From: Clostridia bacterium
GTDB lineage: Bacteria > Bacillota > Clostridia > Oscillospirales > CAG-272
NCBI GenBank assembly: GCA_017455185.1
Contig: JAFTBN010000049.1
Location: 1 to 61,261, forward strand
Reading direction: 5' to 3'
Length of the DNA: 61,261 bases
The translations under genes were made by a program, and so were the position numbers. Of this stretch, positions 48,796-59,124 are shown piece by piece. The first letter of the stretch is position 1; the number at the start of each line of letters is the position of its first letter. Below the pieces are notes generated by a model. It saw only the letters and a program-made list of their open reading frames with translations, did no database searches and had not been told where the DNA came from.

Positions 48796-51342
48796 CTAGT
48801 CTCTGTTGTTTCTGCCGGCGCAAAACTCTTTCAGGCAGCGTCCGGTCAGGCTGCTCTCCTCGTCCATGAGCTGTTCGGGCGTTCCGCATACCACGACGCG
48901 CCCGCCCTCTTCGCCTCCGCCCGGACCCATGTCCACGCAATAGTCGGCGTTGAGCAGGATGTCGGGGTCGTGCTCGATGACAATGAGAGTCGCACCCCTG
49001 TCAATCAGGCTGCGGAACACGCCGAGAAGCGAACTTACGTCATCGGGGTGCAGCCCGATGGTCGGCTCGTCGAACACAAAGACGCTTCCGGCCTGACCGT
49101 GCCCCATTTCGCTCGCCAGTTTCAGACGCTGGGCCTCACCGCCCGACAGATTGGGCGTCGCCTCTCCCAGGGTCAGATAGCCCAGTCCCAGGGAGGACAG
49201 CACTTCGAGTTTTCGGTATACCTGGGGCAGATCCCGGCAATGTTCCATGGCCTCGTCGACCGAGCAGCGCATCAGCTCGGGCATGGAAAGCCCCGGACCT
49301 TCGTCCCCTTTCCTTTTCAGGCGGACCGTCTGCGCGTCCTTGGAATAGCGGGAGCCCTTGCATTCGGGACAGGGGATCTCCACGTCGGGCAAAAACTGCA
49401 CGTCCAGGGAGATCGTCCCCACGCCGTCGCAGACCGGACAGCGCAGCGAGCCCGTATTGTACGAAAAATCTCCGGCCCGGTATCCTTTCTTCTTTGCCTC
49501 GTCGAGTCTGGCGTATATGCGGCGCAGTTCGTCGTGCACGTCAGCATAGGTCGCGACCGTGGAACGTACGTTGATTCCGATCGGCGTGGCGTCGATCAGG
49601 CGCACCCGTTCAATCTGCGGCGCATCCAGACGCAGGACGTGGGAGGGAATCTTTTCCCCTTTGGCACGCGCGTCGAACGCCGCAACCAGGCTTTCCAGTA
49701 TCAGGGTGGTCTTCCCGGACCCCGAAACGCCGCTGACCGCGTTCAGCCGTCCCACCGGGAAGCGGACCGACAGCGGCTTTACCGTATGCAAAGGTCCGGT
49801 TTCCAGTTCAATCGCGCCGTTTCGGAACAGTTCATCGGGCGACAGGACCGGCCGGTTTTCCACCCTCTTTTTTCCGCACAGGTATCCTCCGATCCGCGAG
49901 TCCGGATTCTCTTCCAGCCGGGCCACCGTTCCCTGGGCGACGACACGTCCGCCGTTCTTTCCTGCGCCCGGACCCATCTCGATCAGTTCGTCCGCGTGCC
50001 GGAGCATCTGCACGTCGTGATCCACCAGAATCACCGAGTTTCCGTCCCGGACCAGGTCGTCCATCACCGAGATAACGCCCTTGAGATTCACCGGATGCAG
50101 TCCGATGGAGGGTTCGTCCAGGACGTACATGACGCCCGTCGTGCGGTTCCGCACCGCCCGGGCCAGCTGCATACGCTGGCGCTCTCCGGTCGAAAGCGTG
50201 GAAGCCTCCCGGTCCAGGGACAGGTAGGACAGTCCCAGGTCCATCAGCCGGGCCGCGGTATGCAAAAAGGAATCCGCAATGCTCCGGGCCATATTCTGTA
50301 CTTCCCCGGGCAGCGTCCCCGGGACTCCGTCCACCCAGCGGACCAGATCCCCCAGGGGCATCCGGCACACATCGGCCAGGTTGAGCCCCCGGATCTGCGG
50401 GACGCGGGCCTGCTCGGACAGACGGCTTCCGCCGCAGGCCGGGCACGGGCCGACGCTCAGAAATTTCTCCACGCGCTTCATGCCCTTTTCGTCCTTGACG
50501 TGGGACAGCGCGTTTTCCACCGTATAGACCGCGTTGAAATAGGTGAAATCCATTTCCCCTACCGCGTTGGTCGTTTCGTTGTGATAAACCAGATGATGCT
50601 TTTCGGGAGGACCGTGGAACACCAGTTCCTTTTCCCTCTCGCTCAGATCCCGGAACGGGATGTCGGTCCGGATGTGCAGTTTGTCCCTGGCGATGTCCTT
50701 CATCAGGGACCACATCAGCGTCTGCCAGGGCAGAACCGCCCCTTCGTCGATGCTCAGCGAATCGTCGGGCACCAGCGTGGACTCATCCACCCGGCGCACC
50801 GTGCCGGTTCCGTCGCATTCAGGACAGGCGCCCGTGCTGTTGAACGAAAGTTCCTCCGCCCCGAGTCCCCGGAAAGCGGCATGGCAGACCGGACAGATCA
50901 GATCCTTCTCGGCGGCAACCGCGGTTGAGGGCGGAACCCGGTGTCCGTTGGGGCACAGATACGACCCGACTCTCGAAAAGAGAAGGCGGAGGCTGTTGAG
51001 CAGCTCGCTCCCGGTTCCGAAGGTGCTCCGGATGCCCGGAACGCCCGGTCTCTGGTGCAATGCCAGCGCGGCGGGCACGTAGCGGACGTCGTCCACGTCG
51101 GCCTCGGCCGCCTGCGTCAGTCTGCGGCGCGTATAGGTGGAAAGGGATTCCAGATACCGCCTTGACCCCTCGGCGTAGAGCACGCCGAGGGCCAGCGAGG
51201 ATTTACCCGAGCCCGAAACGCCGCAGATTCCGACGATTTCGTGCAAAGGGATGTCCACGTCCACCCGTTTCAGATTATGAACTCTGGCCCCCCGCACTTC
51301 CATCTTTTCCGGGCGGCCCTTCCATTCCTTGTATGTTTCCAT
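48796..51342 (-). CDS. UvrA-like protein (class II / DrrC-like)
   Basis: GARVHNLK, two GVSGSGK P-loops, zinc-finger CxxC pairs, LSTGE/LSGGE; shorter than canonical UvrA. Confidence 0.9.
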   Translation of the reverse strand: METYKEWKGRPEKMEVRGARVHNLKRVDVDIPLHEIVGICGVSGSGKSSLALGVLYAEGSRRYLESLSTYTRRRLTQAAEADVDDVRYVPAALALHQRPGVPGIRSTFGTGSELLNSLRLLFSRVGSYLCPNGHRVPPSTAVAAEKDLICPVCHAAFRGLGAEELSFNSTGACPECDGTGTVRRVDESTLVPDDSLSIDEGAVLPWQTLMWSLMKDIARDKLHIRTDIPFRDLSEREKELVFHGPPEKHHLVYHNETTNAVGEMDFTYFNAVYTVENALSHVKDEKGMKRVEKFLSVGPCPACGGSRLSEQARVPQIRGLNLADVCRMPLGDLVRWVDGVPGTLPGEVQNMARSIADSFLHTAARLMDLGLSYLSLDREASTLSTGERQRMQLARAVRNRTTGVMYVLDEPSIGLHPVNLKGVISVMDDLVRDGNSVILVDHDVQMLRHADELIEMGPGAGKNGGRVVAQGTVARLEENPDSRIGGYLCGKKRVENRPVLSPDELFRNGAIELETGPLHTVKPLSVRFPVGRLNAVSGVSGSGKTTLILESLVAAFDARAKGEKIPSHVLRLDAPQIERVRLIDATPIGINVRSTVATYADVHDELRRIYARLDEAKKKGYRAGDFSYNTGSLRCPVCDGVGTISLDVQFLPDVEIPCPECKGSRYSKDAQTVRLKRKGDEGPGLSMPELMRCSVDEAMEHCRDLPQVYRKLEVLSSLGLGYLTLGEATPNLSGGEAQRLKLASEMGHGQAGSVFVFDEPTIGLHPDDVSSLLGVFRSLIDRGATLIVIEHDPDILLNADYCVDMGPGGGEEGGRVVVCGTPEQLMDEESSLTGRCLKEFCAGRNNRD

Positions 51343-51381
51343 TCTCGATTCTTCCAAATGTAAAAATGCTTCCGGCACGAA

Positions 51382-52071
51382 TCAATGCGTCTTCCCGCCG
51401 GTGTACGCCTTCAGCTTTTCCTTGCATCCGTCGCTGACCCGGAAACTCTCAAACGCCTTTCGGACGGTCATCCTGTGCACGACAGGCGAAAGACGGGCGT
51501 TTTGCAGATACTCCAGTGCCGCCTTTTCGTTGGTCGCCAGCAAGGTCGCAAAATACCAGGCCTGTCCCATTTCGACGTAGTAATGCTCAAAGGCAAGGTC
51601 CGCGATGCGCTCGGCCAGGTCCGCGGCATAATGCGGACCGGTAAAGCGGCGCATGGCCGTTCCGATGCCGAACCGGACGGTATAGGGTCTGTCGGATTCC
51701 AGCCAGCCCGGAATCCGGTCGTGCAGTTCCGGGTCCCCGTCCCGGAAGCACCCTGGCGAAAGCGCGTCGCACACCGCCCAGTTGTCCACAAAAGGCAGAA
51801 AGGCTTCCAGTCTCTCAAGGCAAAGGGAATAATCCCGGATTCCGCAAAGCAGGAACGCGTGAATCAGGTTCTCTTCCAGGTATGCGTGCGGCAATTCGGA
51901 GAGAAATGCCCCGGACCGACCCTCTTTTTCCATTTCGGAGGCAAGTCTGCGCAGCCGGGGTGTCCGCACGCCCAGGACTGCGTCCTCCGGAAGCCCCGGG
52001 ATCAGTTTCAGATTGAAAACCTTCAGTTTTTCCTCCGAAAGCTCCCCCAGACGTTCGGCCAGCCATTTCAT
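51382..52071 (-). CDS. AlkD-like DNA alkylation repair protein
   Basis: LGVRTP.LR, VDNWAVCD, YYVEMGQAW. Confidence 0.85.
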   Translation of the reverse strand: MKWLAERLGELSEEKLKVFNLKLIPGLPEDAVLGVRTPRLRRLASEMEKEGRSGAFLSELPHAYLEENLIHAFLLCGIRDYSLCLERLEAFLPFVDNWAVCDALSPGCFRDGDPELHDRIPGWLESDRPYTVRFGIGTAMRRFTGPHYAADLAERIADLAFEHYYVEMGQAWYFATLLATNEKAALEYLQNARLSPVVHRMTVRKAFESFRVSDGCKEKLKAYTGGKTH

Positions 52072-52079
52072 AGCCGGCC

Positions 52080-53126
52080 TTACTCCTGCAGGTACGCCAT
52101 CAGCAGCGCGTACGTGTTTTCCAAACCGTCCAGGTGCGTCCGCTCGTACCCGTGGCTGTTCGCCGTTCCGGGCCCGATGGCCGCGTGACGGATGTCGTAT
52201 CCCGCCATCACGCTTCCGTCGCAGTCGGTTCCGTAATGCGGAGTAAAGATGTCCATGACGTAATCCACTCCCGCGTCCTGCGCCGTTTTGCGCAGTTCGT
52301 TCGTCAGACCGTAGTGATACGGGAACCGGGAATCCTTGGCAAAAATCGAAACCTTGTGTTCGTCCGAGGTCTGATCCGGGCCCGTCGGCGCGATGTCGAT
52401 TGCCAGTATGTCCTTCACGTCGTCCGGCAGATAGGTCGTTCCGTGCCCGATTTCCTCATAGCACGCAAAATAGAAATAAATTTTTCTTCGGGGAGGCTGA
52501 TTGCAGTGCATCAGTTCCCTGGCTGCGGTCAGCATCACGGCAACCGCTGCCTTGTCGTCAATGAAGCGGGACTTGATGTATCCGCCGGATACCGTCAGTC
52601 TCGGTTCGAGCGCGATGATGTCCCCTGTCCGGACGCCCAGTTTCTCGGTTTCCTCCCGCGTTCGGACGTCCCGGTCGAGCACGACGCAGACGTTGGTCCG
52701 GTAGTCGGGCAGCGTAGAACGCAGTTCCTCCTCGGTGACGTGCACCGAGTTGGGAGTGCGGCAGACCGTACCGGTGATGACTTCTCCGTCCCTTGTGTAA
52801 ACCCGGACGTTCTCCCCGACGCAATAGAAAGGATACAGACCGCCCACCGGGCAGACGCCCAGCGTTCCGTCCGGATTGATTTTGCGCACCATCAGGCCGA
52901 TGTCATCCAGATGCGCCGTCACGGCCAGCGGGTCCTCTCCCCGGCTTAGGGTCGCGATAACGCCGCCTTTGTGCGTCCTGACGTAAGGGATGTGCATCTC
53001 GTCCAGCAGCCCGCAGACCAGTTCCTCGATTTCCTCGTACTGCCCGGTCGTACTGTCGACGCCGATGAGCCGTTCGAACACATCCATAAAAAACTCTCTG
53101 TCCATTTCAAACCTGCGCTGTTCCAC
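52080..53126 (-). CDS. M42-family aminopeptidase
   Basis: TAHLD, SRFIDDK, YEEIGHG, HGYER. Confidence 0.9.
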   Translation of the reverse strand: MEQRRFEMDREFFMDVFERLIGVDSTTGQYEEIEELVCGLLDEMHIPYVRTHKGGVIATLSRGEDPLAVTAHLDDIGLMVRKINPDGTLGVCPVGGLYPFYCVGENVRVYTRDGEVITGTVCRTPNSVHVTEEELRSTLPDYRTNVCVVLDRDVRTREETEKLGVRTGDIIALEPRLTVSGGYIKSRFIDDKAAVAVMLTAARELMHCNQPPRRKIYFYFACYEEIGHGTTYLPDDVKDILAIDIAPTGPDQTSDEHKVSIFAKDSRFPYHYGLTNELRKTAQDAGVDYVMDIFTPHYGTDCDGSVMAGYDIRHAAIGPGTANSHGYERTHLDGLENTYALLMAYLQE

Positions 53127-53137
53127 GGCGGTCCTCC

Positions 53138-53482
53138 TTACAGGGTAAACAATTCCAGCATTTTTTCCCGCGTCGAAAGAATCTGTCCGAGCACGGGAGC
53201 ATAGTCACAGGCCTTCCCGTTCCGGAGCCATTCGGTGATTTCGCAAAGCGGTTCGTACAAAGGCGTCAGCGAAAGGTTCCCGCAGGCGCCCTTGAGCGCG
53301 TGCGCATACTCGAAAGCCTCGCTGTGTCTTCCCTGCCCAATGGCAGAGCCCAGCTTCTCAAATTCCTCGTCCCGCAGTGCACGCTGAACCAGACTCAGAT
53401 AAAAATTCTCCTGCCCGAGACACCGGGCCAATCCCTCTTCGGTTCTGACGCCCATGGCGTTCAGTTTCTCCAGAATGTCCAT
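53138..53482 (-). CDS. Stand-alone Hpt phosphotransfer protein
   Basis: EGLARC...AHALKGACGNL. Confidence 0.88.
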   Translation of the reverse strand: MDILEKLNAMGVRTEEGLARCLGQENFYLSLVQRALRDEEFEKLGSAIGQGRHSEAFEYAHALKGACGNLSLTPLYEPLCEITEWLRNGKACDYAPVLGQILSTREKMLELFTL

Positions 53483-53498
53483 TGTCTGTGTCCCTTTC

Positions 53499-56400
53499 CT
53501 ATCCGTTCTCCCGGCGGGAGTCGCTCTGCTTGAGGTATTCCTTGTTGGCATACATGGCGGAATCCGCCCGCTCCAGGACCTGCTCCACCGAATCATCGGT
53601 TCCGGACTTGTAATCCGAAATGCCGCAGGCAACCACCACGCCGCCCTGTTCGGCCGCTTCTTTGTTGCAGGATTCCATTCGTTTCATCAAGGCATCCCGC
53701 TCGGCGTAATCCGATCCCACCAGGACCGCGACAAACTCGTCGCCGCCGATCCGGAATACCGGACTGTGCTTGAAGATGTCGCAGATCTGTTTGCAGGCGT
53801 TCTTCAGCAGATCATCCCCGAATTTGTGTCCCTTGAGGTCATTGACCTCCTTGAGATGGTTGACGTCGCACATGGCAACGGCAAACTCCTCCACGTCGCC
53901 CGAGCGAATCAGACCGTTGAGCTGCCGAATCTGCTCCAGGAAAGCCCGCTTGTTGCGCACGCCGGTCAATGCGTCCCGGTTGGCGTCGCGCAGCGCCTTC
54001 ATATAATCCATCTCCCGCCGGATCTGCGAGTCGATGTCGCTGATTCCGATCACGATATGCGGCGTCTCCCCGCCCTGCATCCGGATGGCTTTCAGGTGAA
54101 CATAGGACGGCTGATGATCCAGCACACGACGGTAGTTCATGGTAAACTTTTCGGACTGATCGAGCACCTGGGTCAAATTCTCCCGGGTGAACGAACTCAT
54201 GACCAGATCCTGGTCCTCGGAATAGACGTTTTCCTTCAATTCCTGCCGCATGAAGGTGAAGAAATCCCCGCCCTGTCTCTCGATTTTCAGCTCCCCGGCG
54301 TTGCGCCCGGCGCTGTATTCGAGAAACTCTCCTGTTTCCTCGTCGACGTAGAAAATGGAATAATAGTCGCTGGCGAAGGCCTTGGCCAGATTTTCAAAGG
54401 AAATGGCCTGGTTCGCCCGTTGGACTTCTGCGTCCACGTACCGCATACCGAAGATGATGTGACGGTCGTCCGTCTTGCTCAGCCGGGTCGCCTTCAGACG
54501 CACGTACCCTACCTCTCCCTGCATCATCGTCCGGTAAGTCAGGGATACGGACCTCTCATGCGCCAGCTCGCCAAGCAGCCGGTCCCGGCTGAACGTTTCC
54601 CTGAACTTGGCGCTGTCCTGCGGATGAACCACCCGTTCCACCCAGGTCATGCATACGCCGAAGAAATCCTTTCCCCAGCGGGTCACGGAGAACTCATCGT
54701 GCCCGTCTCCCGTGGAGTACTCGATGTAGGTATCCTGCTCCAGGTCCACGTAGAAGATCAGCGCGTAGTCCATGGCAAGGGCCTGCGCAATATTGGAATA
54801 GGTGACCCGTCTCATCTGCTTGAGCACTTTGCGGTGCTCGAAATCCACCGAAATTCCGTGCCCGGACAGGATGCCGGCCTGCTGCTTTTTGAGCAGTTCC
54901 TCAAAATCGGCGGGCGGAAGGGGCTTGGAAAAATAGTATCCCTGAATCATGTCGCAGCCCAGACGCTTGAGTTCGCGGTACTGCTCCTCGTTCTCCACTC
55001 CCTCGGCCACGACCGGGACGCCCAGATAGTCCGAGATGTCCAGCACGATTTCAATCATGCGGGTGTTTTTGGTCTGCCCGAACGCCTCGCGCACAAAGCG
55101 CATATCCAGTTTGAGTACGTCGATGGGAAGACTGGAAATCATATGCAGGGAGGAATAGCCCTGTCCGAAATCGTCCATTTCAATCAGGAAGCCGAGTTCC
55201 CGCAGCCGGGTAATGGTCCGGATCATCTGCTCGGAATCCTGCTCGTAAGCCGACTCGGTCACCTCGAGATGGAGTTCTCCGGGTTCCAGTCCGTACCGGC
55301 GGATCAGATCCGCGAACGTATCCACCAGGTTGGCGTCGTAGAAATCCATCCTTGACACGTTGACCGACACGGCCAGCGGAAGATGGTAATGCTCTTTCCA
55401 GCGACGGATGCTTGCGGCCGCCTGCTCCCAGACGTATTCGTCCAGATTGCGGATCAGTCCGTTGGACTCGAAAAGCGGGATGAAATCCCCGGGCGGCAGA
55501 AAGCCGCGGTCCGGATGAATCCAGCGCACCAGAGCCTCAGCCCCTGCAAACTGGGGGGTCGACTGGGTGACGTCGTATTTGGGCTGGAAGTAGAGCACGA
55601 ACTGCTTTTCGTCCAGCGCCCGCTGGAAATCCTCCACAAGCTGCTCCTCGTACAGTTCGTGCTGGCGGAGCTGGTCGTCGTAAATGCCCAGAGGTTCGGA
55701 ATAGATGGAGCGGACCCGGTCGGAGGCGCTTTTCGCCCGGTCAAACCGGCGCCCGATGTCCAATTCCTTGTCCACGGCGGGATACACGCCCATCCGGACG
55801 TGGACTTTGCCGTTGAAATCATCCCCCGGTTCGGTCAGGTTCATCAGGCTTTTGCGCAGCTCGGCGTAATCCGTGCCCTGGGGCAGATAGAGATAAAACA
55901 CGTCGGCCGAACGGCGGCAGACAATGCCTCCCTTGCCCGAAATAGCCTGCCGGATTTTCTTGGCCATCCGGCTCAGAATCAGGTTTCCGCTCGAGGTGCC
56001 GTAGCGTTCGTTGAACATATGGAAATGCGAGATGTCCACCACCGCCGCGTCCATGACAAGGTCCGGATAGTACCGGTCATACTGCGAAACGTAACTGCAG
56101 AAGAATTCCCAGTTGTAAAGGCCGGTCAGCGTATCCCGCTCGGTGGAGGACAGGATCTGCCGGTCCTCATACAGTTCGATGGCACGGCGGACCCGGGCCA
56201 GGATCACGTCGGGATGCGGATAGGGTTTGGAAAAGAAATCGCTTGCCCCGGCCTCCAGGCTCTCCACCTCGGAGCGCTCGTCCGCCGTCATCATGATAAC
56301 CGGAATGGCCTTAAGATTCTCGTCCATCTTTGCTTTTTTAAGCAAGTCCATTCCGGTCATACCGGGCATATATTGGTCGAGCATGACCAAGGACAGAGTC

Positions 56401-56594
56401 TGCCCCTGCTGCTCCAGAATCTCCCAAGCCTGCTGCCCGTTCTCAGCGTAGACCAGTTCGTAATCGGACTCGAGAAGATTGCCCAAAATATTCCGGCTGA
56501 TTTCTTCGTCATCGGCAATCAGTATTTTTCTGCTTCTGGCGGAATGAAGACCTATTGCGTAATTGCTCATACCAAATCCATAGCTCCGTTTCAT
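53499..56594 (-). CDS. REC-GGDEF(degenerate)-EAL-(PAS-like x2)-GGDEF c-di-GMP enzyme
   Basis: REC ADDE/LDQYMP/KP; RSADVF; AEALVRW, EVTES, DDFGQGYSS; RIGGDEF; start may be 56570. Confidence 0.92.
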   Translation of the reverse strand: MKRSYGFGMSNYAIGLHSARSRKILIADDEEISRNILGNLLESDYELVYAENGQQAWEILEQQGQTLSLVMLDQYMPGMTGMDLLKKAKMDENLKAIPVIMMTADERSEVESLEAGASDFFSKPYPHPDVILARVRRAIELYEDRQILSSTERDTLTGLYNWEFFCSYVSQYDRYYPDLVMDAAVVDISHFHMFNERYGTSSGNLILSRMAKKIRQAISGKGGIVCRRSADVFYLYLPQGTDYAELRKSLMNLTEPGDDFNGKVHVRMGVYPAVDKELDIGRRFDRAKSASDRVRSIYSEPLGIYDDQLRQHELYEEQLVEDFQRALDEKQFVLYFQPKYDVTQSTPQFAGAEALVRWIHPDRGFLPPGDFIPLFESNGLIRNLDEYVWEQAAASIRRWKEHYHLPLAVSVNVSRMDFYDANLVDTFADLIRRYGLEPGELHLEVTESAYEQDSEQMIRTITRLRELGFLIEMDDFGQGYSSLHMISSLPIDVLKLDMRFVREAFGQTKNTRMIEIVLDISDYLGVPVVAEGVENEEQYRELKRLGCDMIQGYYFSKPLPPADFEELLKKQQAGILSGHGISVDFEHRKVLKQMRRVTYSNIAQALAMDYALIFYVDLEQDTYIEYSTGDGHDEFSVTRWGKDFFGVCMTWVERVVHPQDSAKFRETFSRDRLLGELAHERSVSLTYRTMMQGEVGYVRLKATRLSKTDDRHIIFGMRYVDAEVQRANQAISFENLAKAFASDYYSIFYVDEETGEFLEYSAGRNAGELKIERQGGDFFTFMRQELKENVYSEDQDLVMSSFTRENLTQVLDQSEKFTMNYRRVLDHQPSYVHLKAIRMQGGETPHIVIGISDIDSQIRREMDYMKALRDANRDALTGVRNKRAFLEQIRQLNGLIRSGDVEEFAVAMCDVNHLKEVNDLKGHKFGDDLLKNACKQICDIFKHSPVFRIGGDEFVAVLVGSDYAERDALMKRMESCNKEAAEQGGVVVACGISDYKSGTDDSVEQVLERADSAMYANKEYLKQSDSRRENG

Positions 56595-56834
56595 GCTTCG
56601 GTTGTCAGTCGGGCCCCAAGGCCCGGAACCAAAAATACATCTTCTCTATTTTACTATAAATCTAATAAAATGACAATAGAAGAACGGCCTGCGGCGAAAA
56701 AAAGATTTTCGCCCGTCAGGCCGTCCAAAGACTCTGAATGACTGTTGCAATCAATGGATTGTAACGGATTTATTGAAAAGTAACATAAATAGATTGGCCG
56801 GGTTTGTCCCTTTTTTCTTTCATCGGAAGTTCTT

Positions 56835-57149
56835 TCAGGTCCCGATCTGACGGATGACCAGCTCAAGAACAAAAACCGTCGCACAGCAAATCCAGGCTAC
56901 GTTGAACATATTCACTCCGATGTAAGCCAGCACGATTCCCACCACCAGAGCCGCCACACCGGCCCATACCGAACCCGTGGCGTCAATCATGGCCGGGAAG
57001 GTCATCACGGCCAGTGTGACATAAGGGACGTAATACAGAAACGAACGCAAAAAGCGATTTTTGATTTGCTTCCGGATCAGCGTCAGGGGCAGCGCCCGGA
57101 TCAGAAAGACGGTCAGGATCATAACGCCGAGATAGAGGTAGACTTTCAT
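56835..57149 (-). CDS. azlD: AzlD-family membrane protein
   Basis: FLIRALP, FLYYVPY..L..MTFP; coupled to azlC. Confidence 0.88.
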   Translation of the reverse strand: MKVYLYLGVMILTVFLIRALPLTLIRKQIKNRFLRSFLYYVPYVTLAVMTFPAMIDATGSVWAGVAALVVGIVLAYIGVNMFNVAWICCATVFVLELVIRQIGT

Positions 57150-57967
57150 GCCTTGCCCTCCTCTTGCTTCTCCGTGTCTTGATCAGACATGTCTTTATCC
57201 GACGCGCCTTCATCCGGCGTTTCCTCTTCCTCATCCTTTCTCGGGAACAGAAGCGCCGCCAGGGCCGAAAGTCCGACGGTCAGAAGGATGATGCGCAGGC
57301 TCTCGTTCATCGTGGCAAGAAACGGCACGCGGGAGAACATGAAGCTGAGCGCGAAGCTCAGAAGCACCAGACCCGCCACCACCTTATTCTTTCGGGCCGG
57401 AGGGATGATGATGGAAAGGAACATACCGTACAGCGCGACGCTCAGCGCGGATACAACGCTTTCGGGCAACAGGTTTCCGACCAGGATTCCCACCGCCGTC
57501 CCGATCGCCCAGCACGGTCCGGCAAACAGCGCCGCCCCGTAGGTATAATACGGATCGATGAATCCGGGTCTTGCGATGGCAATTCCGAACAGTTCGTCGG
57601 TTAGGTAGAACCCGACCAGCAACCGGTGTCCCAGTCCCAGTTTCGGATCCATTCTCTGGCTGAGTGCGCAGGACATCAGCATATAGCGCGCGTTGGCCAC
57701 CAGCGTCACCAGGATGGTCGTCAGAATGCCGACGCTGTCGCGTATGGCATTGATGCCGGCGTACTCGCCGGCCGACGCATTCATAAAGAAACTCATGAAA
57801 AAGCCCTGAAACGCCGTCATACCTGCGTTTCTTGCGGCTATTCCCAGCGAAAAGGATACCGCGAAATAGCCAAGGCCGATGGGAATACCCGCTTTAAATC
57901 CCTGCAGAATCGCGCTCCTGCGGGATTTTTTCCGTTCTTCGTCTTGCATTCCTTCCCCTTTACTCAT
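57146..57967 (-). CDS. azlC: AzlC-family branched-chain amino acid exporter
   Basis: PIGLGY, ASAGEY, NARY, TDELF. Confidence 0.9.
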   Translation of the reverse strand: MSKGEGMQDEERKKSRRSAILQGFKAGIPIGLGYFAVSFSLGIAARNAGMTAFQGFFMSFFMNASAGEYAGINAIRDSVGILTTILVTLVANARYMLMSCALSQRMDPKLGLGHRLLVGFYLTDELFGIAIARPGFIDPYYTYGAALFAGPCWAIGTAVGILVGNLLPESVVSALSVALYGMFLSIIIPPARKNKVVAGLVLLSFALSFMFSRVPFLATMNESLRIILLTVGLSALAALLFPRKDEEEETPDEGASDKDMSDQDTEKQEEGKA

Positions 57968-59124
57968 TCTTCCAACAGTGTAAAGCGAAGCAAAACCGGA
58001 TTGTGGTCGGTTGCCTTGAAGCCCAGATCGAGGGTCCTGAGCTCCTCCGGATGAATGTTGGAGGAAAGAATGAAACCGTCGATCAGATAGTATTGGAACG
58101 TATCCCGGTCCGCCCCCACGTAGGGCTCAATCAGCGAGCGGCAGCTGGGCGTATCGGGATCCATCAGAAACTGCCATCTCTCATCAAATGCTTCCGTGTC
58201 AATCGTACCGGGAGCCCACTGCCCCTCCTGAATCGGATAGAGCCCTTTGTCCAGCGAGGAAAAGATCTGGTTGAAGTCTCCTCCCGCAATGACGTAATTT
58301 CCCTTGTCCGCTTCCTCCTGAAGGAGTTTGACCAGTTCTTCGGTCTGGGCGATCTTCCCCTCCCCGTCGTCATAGGCTTCAAGATGCAGATTGAACAGGA
58401 CCAGTTCCTTGTCCGTCCCGTCCAGTCTGATGCGATTGACCAGAAGACATCTCTTCAGATTCGCCAGGCGGATCGGCCCGGAAAACGGAATCGGAAGCTG
58501 AACCCTCTCCGCGCTCTCCACGGCGAACCGGGAAAAGGTCGCAATGCCGGATTCGACCCGCCCGATCGGCGGAACCGGATACGGAATGAAGGCCACTTTG
58601 AAATTGTACGCAAACGAGGAGGCATATCCCTCCAGTTCCTCGCGGAGCTGTTTCAGTTCGTTGATATGGTGGGAACGGGTGGATTTGATGTCAATTTCCT
58701 GGACGAACAGCAGATCCGGGTCATTTTCCCTGATGTGAGAAAAGATATCTTCCAAATTTTCCTGGACCCGTTCTTTGGATGCGCTCATGACCATCTTCCC
58801 GCCGTCCATAAAGAAATCCGCGTTATCCCCCAATGCTCCGTATCCGAGATTCCAGGTCATGAGAGTCATGGGCTTACCTGTCTGTGCGTGTAAGGCCGGT
58901 TCTCCCTTCACCTCCACCGTTTCGGACTCCTTGGGTCTGTACTCGGTAATGAAGAGAAACGGAATCAGTAAAACAACCGCAAGCAGTATAACCAGGAAGA
59001 CGCACCCGACCGTAATTCCGATTCTGGCCCCGGGGGTCAACGGCTTGCGGGATAGTTTTTCCTTTTTCTCCGGCTTCTCTGCCTGCTCCTCCTGCCTCGT
59101 TTGGGTCCCCTCATTTTCATCCAT
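57964..59124 (-). CDS. Membrane-anchored endonuclease/exonuclease/phosphatase family protein
   Basis: TWNLGY, QEID, NLHL, GGDFN, IDG, TDHNPV. Confidence 0.9.
   Translation of the reverse strand: MDENEGTQTRQEEQAEKPEKKEKLSRKPLTPGARIGITVGCVFLVILLAVVLLIPFLFITEYRPKESETVEVKGEPALHAQTGKPMTLMTWNLGYGALGDNADFFMDGGKMVMSASKERVQENLEDIFSHIRENDPDLLFVQEIDIKSTRSHHINELKQLREELEGYASSFAYNFKVAFIPYPVPPIGRVESGIATFSRFAVESAERVQLPIPFSGPIRLANLKRCLLVNRIRLDGTDKELVLFNLHLEAYDDGEGKIAQTEELVKLLQEEADKGNYVIAGGDFNQIFSSLDKGLYPIQEGQWAPGTIDTEAFDERWQFLMDPDTPSCRSLIEPYVGADRDTFQYYLIDGFILSSNIHPEELRTLDLGFKATDHNPVLLRFTLLEE

Noticed and set aside
56595-56834. Possible c-di-GMP riboswitch upstream of the GGDEF/EAL gene
   Set aside because: Only simple hairpins are present; the class I GCAAA/GGUC core motifs were not seen
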